DNA of 64,000 nt. Origin: Dicyema japonicum (taxonomy: Eukaryota; Animalia; Dicyemida). Positions within the stretch are counted from its first letter, which is position 1. Every line of letters starts with the position of its first letter. A program made the translations under genes and the position numbers. The notes beneath the pieces are model-generated. The model did not search any database. It had not been told where the DNA came from and saw only the letters and a list, made by a program, of their open reading frames with translations. Shown here piece by piece: positions 60,640-64,000 of the stretch. The DNA is taken from contig RDEW01000013.1 in NCBI GenBank assembly GCA_011109175.1, positions 227,476 through 291,475 on the forward strand. The letters are read 5' to 3'.

Positions 60640-63600
60640 CCGAAAACGCTTCATTCAAACAGGAATTAGGAGTTAGTTTAAAGGGTATTTTAACGAGTCC
60701 GCTTATGCGGCCTGGATACTTCCTACGGACCCCATCTCCATTTAGTTTAGTCCAAGCGTCAAATCCCATTAATGTTTCTTCCACAATGTACTTGACTGGG
60801 GCGAGAATCCTGTTTTCTTATGCACTCAGGACATCACGCAGCTTTTTCCCTAAGGCTAACTTTATTGCTGACCTTATCGACTTTTCCATAAGTAACATTA
60901 TTCTATTTCTTTGCCGTGAGAAATACTATGCTTCACATCCGTATAGTAACTCTGGCAGAATATTTTTCATAATATAAACAGGAAGGTCTTCAAACTAACG
61001 AACAACTTGCTTATACAGACAAGCGCTTGCAACGCCTTCTTCGTCTCCATGAAAGAACTTTCCGATCTATAACTATCCCGAGGTAGCGGAGTGAATGTAC
61101 TTTCGGAATATTAAGTGAATAGGGCTGCGCATGATGTGTCCGTAGGCGACTAACCCTTAAGAAGTTGGACTTTTCAGTAGAGAGTCTCATCCCTCTCTTG
61201 GAGCACAATCCTGCACTTGATCAACGAATAACTTGATTCTTCTTTCTGATAATGTTGACTTCCCAGACGTATCCGTAATCAGAATATCGTCTGCGTATAT
61301 TAACAATTTGCTGTTTGCATCTGACGGAGTAGGGAAGTCTGACAAAAATATTGAATAGAAGCGGACTCAAGACAGAAAGAGCCCTGTGGAACGCTTTTCT
61401 TCTATAGGATATCTTTTGACATATTTGCCCCAACACGTACTCGAGAAGTCTGTCCTTTTAGAAAGTCCTTTATCCATGTGAAAAGTTTTTTTTTAAATGT
61501 CAGCGCCGCTAGCCTTGATAGGAGGGCTTCATGCCACACGATATCGAAAGCCTTGGACAGGATAAACACACCAGGTAGACTTGCCTCTTGAATTCCAGAC
61601 CCTTTCAGTACCATCGAATGCATGTGGTGGATACAATCCATGCAGGATTTCCCAGCTCTGAAGCCACATTGTTCCGCAAGGAGGAAACAGCTCTCTTCCA
61701 TATGCTCGTTTAGTCTCTTGAAGATAATTCTTCTTCCGTAGAATATGATCCGTTGTTCAAAGAGATTTTCATATCATTCCTCTTCTGGCAGTTATTCTTT
61801 TGTAGATCTTCCAGAACAAGGGGCTTTGGTTTTAGTTTGCTTGCCTCGACCCTCCACATTGTTCTAGAGTCAGTCTTGTTCCTCTTCAATGGCTTTTTTA
61901 TTATCTTTAGTTGAGTCAATGTAATCATCAGTCGACACATCTTCTGAGTTTGTTCTTCAGTCGGTTTTTTTCTTCAATCAGAGATAACGTAGAAAAGAAG
62001 AAATCGATGCTCTTCTTATAATTAGTACCGGAGAGTCTCTCCTGGCGTAAAGTGATAAGTATCTATCCATCACAATTAAAAGGTCTCTGTCTATGTTGTC
62101 AATATCACTTCGGGAATAAGGTCCCTCCTTCCAGTTTTTGAGGTTTCTAGATATGTATCTTCTGTAGTGTTCCCAATTTAGCCATAACCTGTGAACACTG
62201 ACTCCGTAGTGCCCGGAGCCAGGTTCAGTGTCATTTCTTGGTGGATGTGGTCACTCGATGTCCACATGATCATCGGTCTCCCACATAAGTGTAGAGCAGT
62301 GGTGACACAAGGAACACGCCAAGCATATCTCCACCGTGATGAGAAGTGATTGGCTCTTCCGACGTCATGATCTCGAAACCAGTTTTATCACTCAATTTTC
62401 TAGTCTGACCATCATCGTTAGTTCCGAGCATCCATATTTAACGTTCTTCGCGTTTAGATCTCATACCAGGACAGACATACCGTTTCCTGCAAAGAATTCT
62501 TCAATATCTGTGAGCACTTTCTGAGGTCTTTTGAATACATCCTCCAACGTATATCCAAACAGCCATCAGCGCCTCAACGGAAACAAATTCACAATGTGTA
62601 TTCATAATAACTTTTGGCTCACGTATCTGTAGATCATTACTGTATAATGTGGTTCCAGTACCAGCTCTGCACCTTCTACCCATGGTATTTCTATAGAATT
62701 ATATTCCTGTAGCATTTTGGTGTTGGTCTTTTTCACCTTGGTCTCGTTGACCATCAGAATGTCAATCTTGGTGACGAAGGAGTAGTGCCAGGTCATGACG
62801 CCTCTTCTTCAGGGATCGGGCATTCACCAGCACTATCTTCAGACTTTTTTCAATTTTCTTTTAGGTGGCCTAGATCTCCATGGCCAGGTCCACCATTCTT
62901 CGTAAATCCACCCCAAGTATACCGCTTAGTTCTTTAGTTTTGATATTATTTCCTCCAGTTTTTTTGCAATTCTCCCTGGTATCTTTTCACTGGGTAGCCA
63001 GGCCGATTCTCGTGAATGAGGAGCTGGTTCATTCTTGTTAATCCTTAAGCCAATTATTCTTTTTTTCTACTTTTTTGGTTATAACATTCATCTGTTTCGG
63101 TTCCGTTCTGTTGATTCGGAGACTTAGGTTACGCCTGGCCTCCACTAGCACAGGGCATCCTCCATACTGGCACCGTGTTTTGTTGATCCGCAGTTAACGC
63201 ACTTAGGTTCAAGACCCGGGTCCGCACTGCACTTGGAGGTGTCATGCTCTCCCGCACGAGGAAGTATTTCTTCTTTCCCGTGCACTGGTATGCAAAGTGA
63301 CCGACCTGCTGACAGTTGTAGCAGATCGCGGTCCTCTTCTCATCCACTCACAGGAGATCTTGTTTGTTCCTATGTAGAAGCCACAACGTATTAGCGATGT
63401 GGCCTCCGATTTACTATTAATCGAGACCTTCGCCATTGGCACGGCTGCGATCCTCTGGACATTCGGGTAACTTTTGTAGTTGAGGGAGCCATCTCCTGGA
63501 GGTAGTCCATGAGGTCGTCCTCCTTCACCCAGAAAGATTGGTTCCTGAGGACAATCTCAGACGGTTTAATTGAAAACGCAATTCCCCAAGCTTTAAATAG

Positions 63601-63900
63601 CCGCGTGGCGGCATGTGGTGTTTCGTGGCTAATTGGTTGAAGTTGATGTTTTGTTCGTCTGTTCCTCCTCTCTTTTCCAAGAAGGACCAAGTTCTTCCAT
63701 TTATTTGGAATAAGTGATTGTTTATGGACAGATTGGAAATAGCAGTAATTGCGTAAATAACCATATTACCGATATGCTTCAATATAATTGGAGAAACACC
63801 ATCAGAGTCACACGGACGAAAGGCTTCATATGCATATTAGTGTTCCTGATAATTTCCGGCGAAAATAAACCAGAACACGAGGTGGGGTTAGGTCTACGGG
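60640..63900 (-). mobile_element. Two-ORF gag/APE-RT LINE, degraded (same class as 23460-26620)
   Basis: ORF1 CYNCQQVGHFAYQC knuckle. ORF2 VLVNARS, MVNETKVK, QCGFRAGKSC, LSKAFD, LRYLGIVID. Confidence 0.88.
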
Positions 63901-64000
63901 TCATAGGAACTTCAGTCTTTGTAAGTGACCGTGAGTGAGGTCACCTCCTCATGAGTGAGTTTCTTTCCTTTACAAATCAAGTGGTATCTGAATCAATTGC

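Overview
AT-rich eukaryotic (animal) DNA, roughly half transposon debris. Small, dense gene islands carry very short GT-AG introns (21-27 nt in nearly all cases I spliced by hand). Together with animal-type genes (small HERC, CEP295/Ana1, CREC), this suggests a highly reduced metazoan such as a dicyemid (inference). Host genes: steroid 5-alpha-reductase, SEC12/PREB, VPS50, CEP295-like, a small HERC ligase, STOML2, a C-type-lectin membrane protein, four CREC-type EF-hand paralogs, a degenerate discoidin-like family and a 60-aa spliced micro-ORF. Mobile elements: RTE LINEs, Ingi/Vingi-like LINEs, gag-containing APE LINEs, CRE-like RLE fragments, a hAT remnant and a tRNA-derived SINE. Most interesting: (1) a canonical 2A (StopGo) motif, GDVESNPGP, directly before the endonuclease of a TSD-flanked LINE, with decayed versions in sister copies; (2) a complete 320-bp tRNA-SINE whose 3' end resembles the RTE 3' end; (3) an EF-hand family with diverging ER-retrieval tails, including a 1.33-kb inverted duplication. 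Many single-base frameshifts lie in homopolymers and may be assembly errors. Most TE fragment boundaries are approximate.
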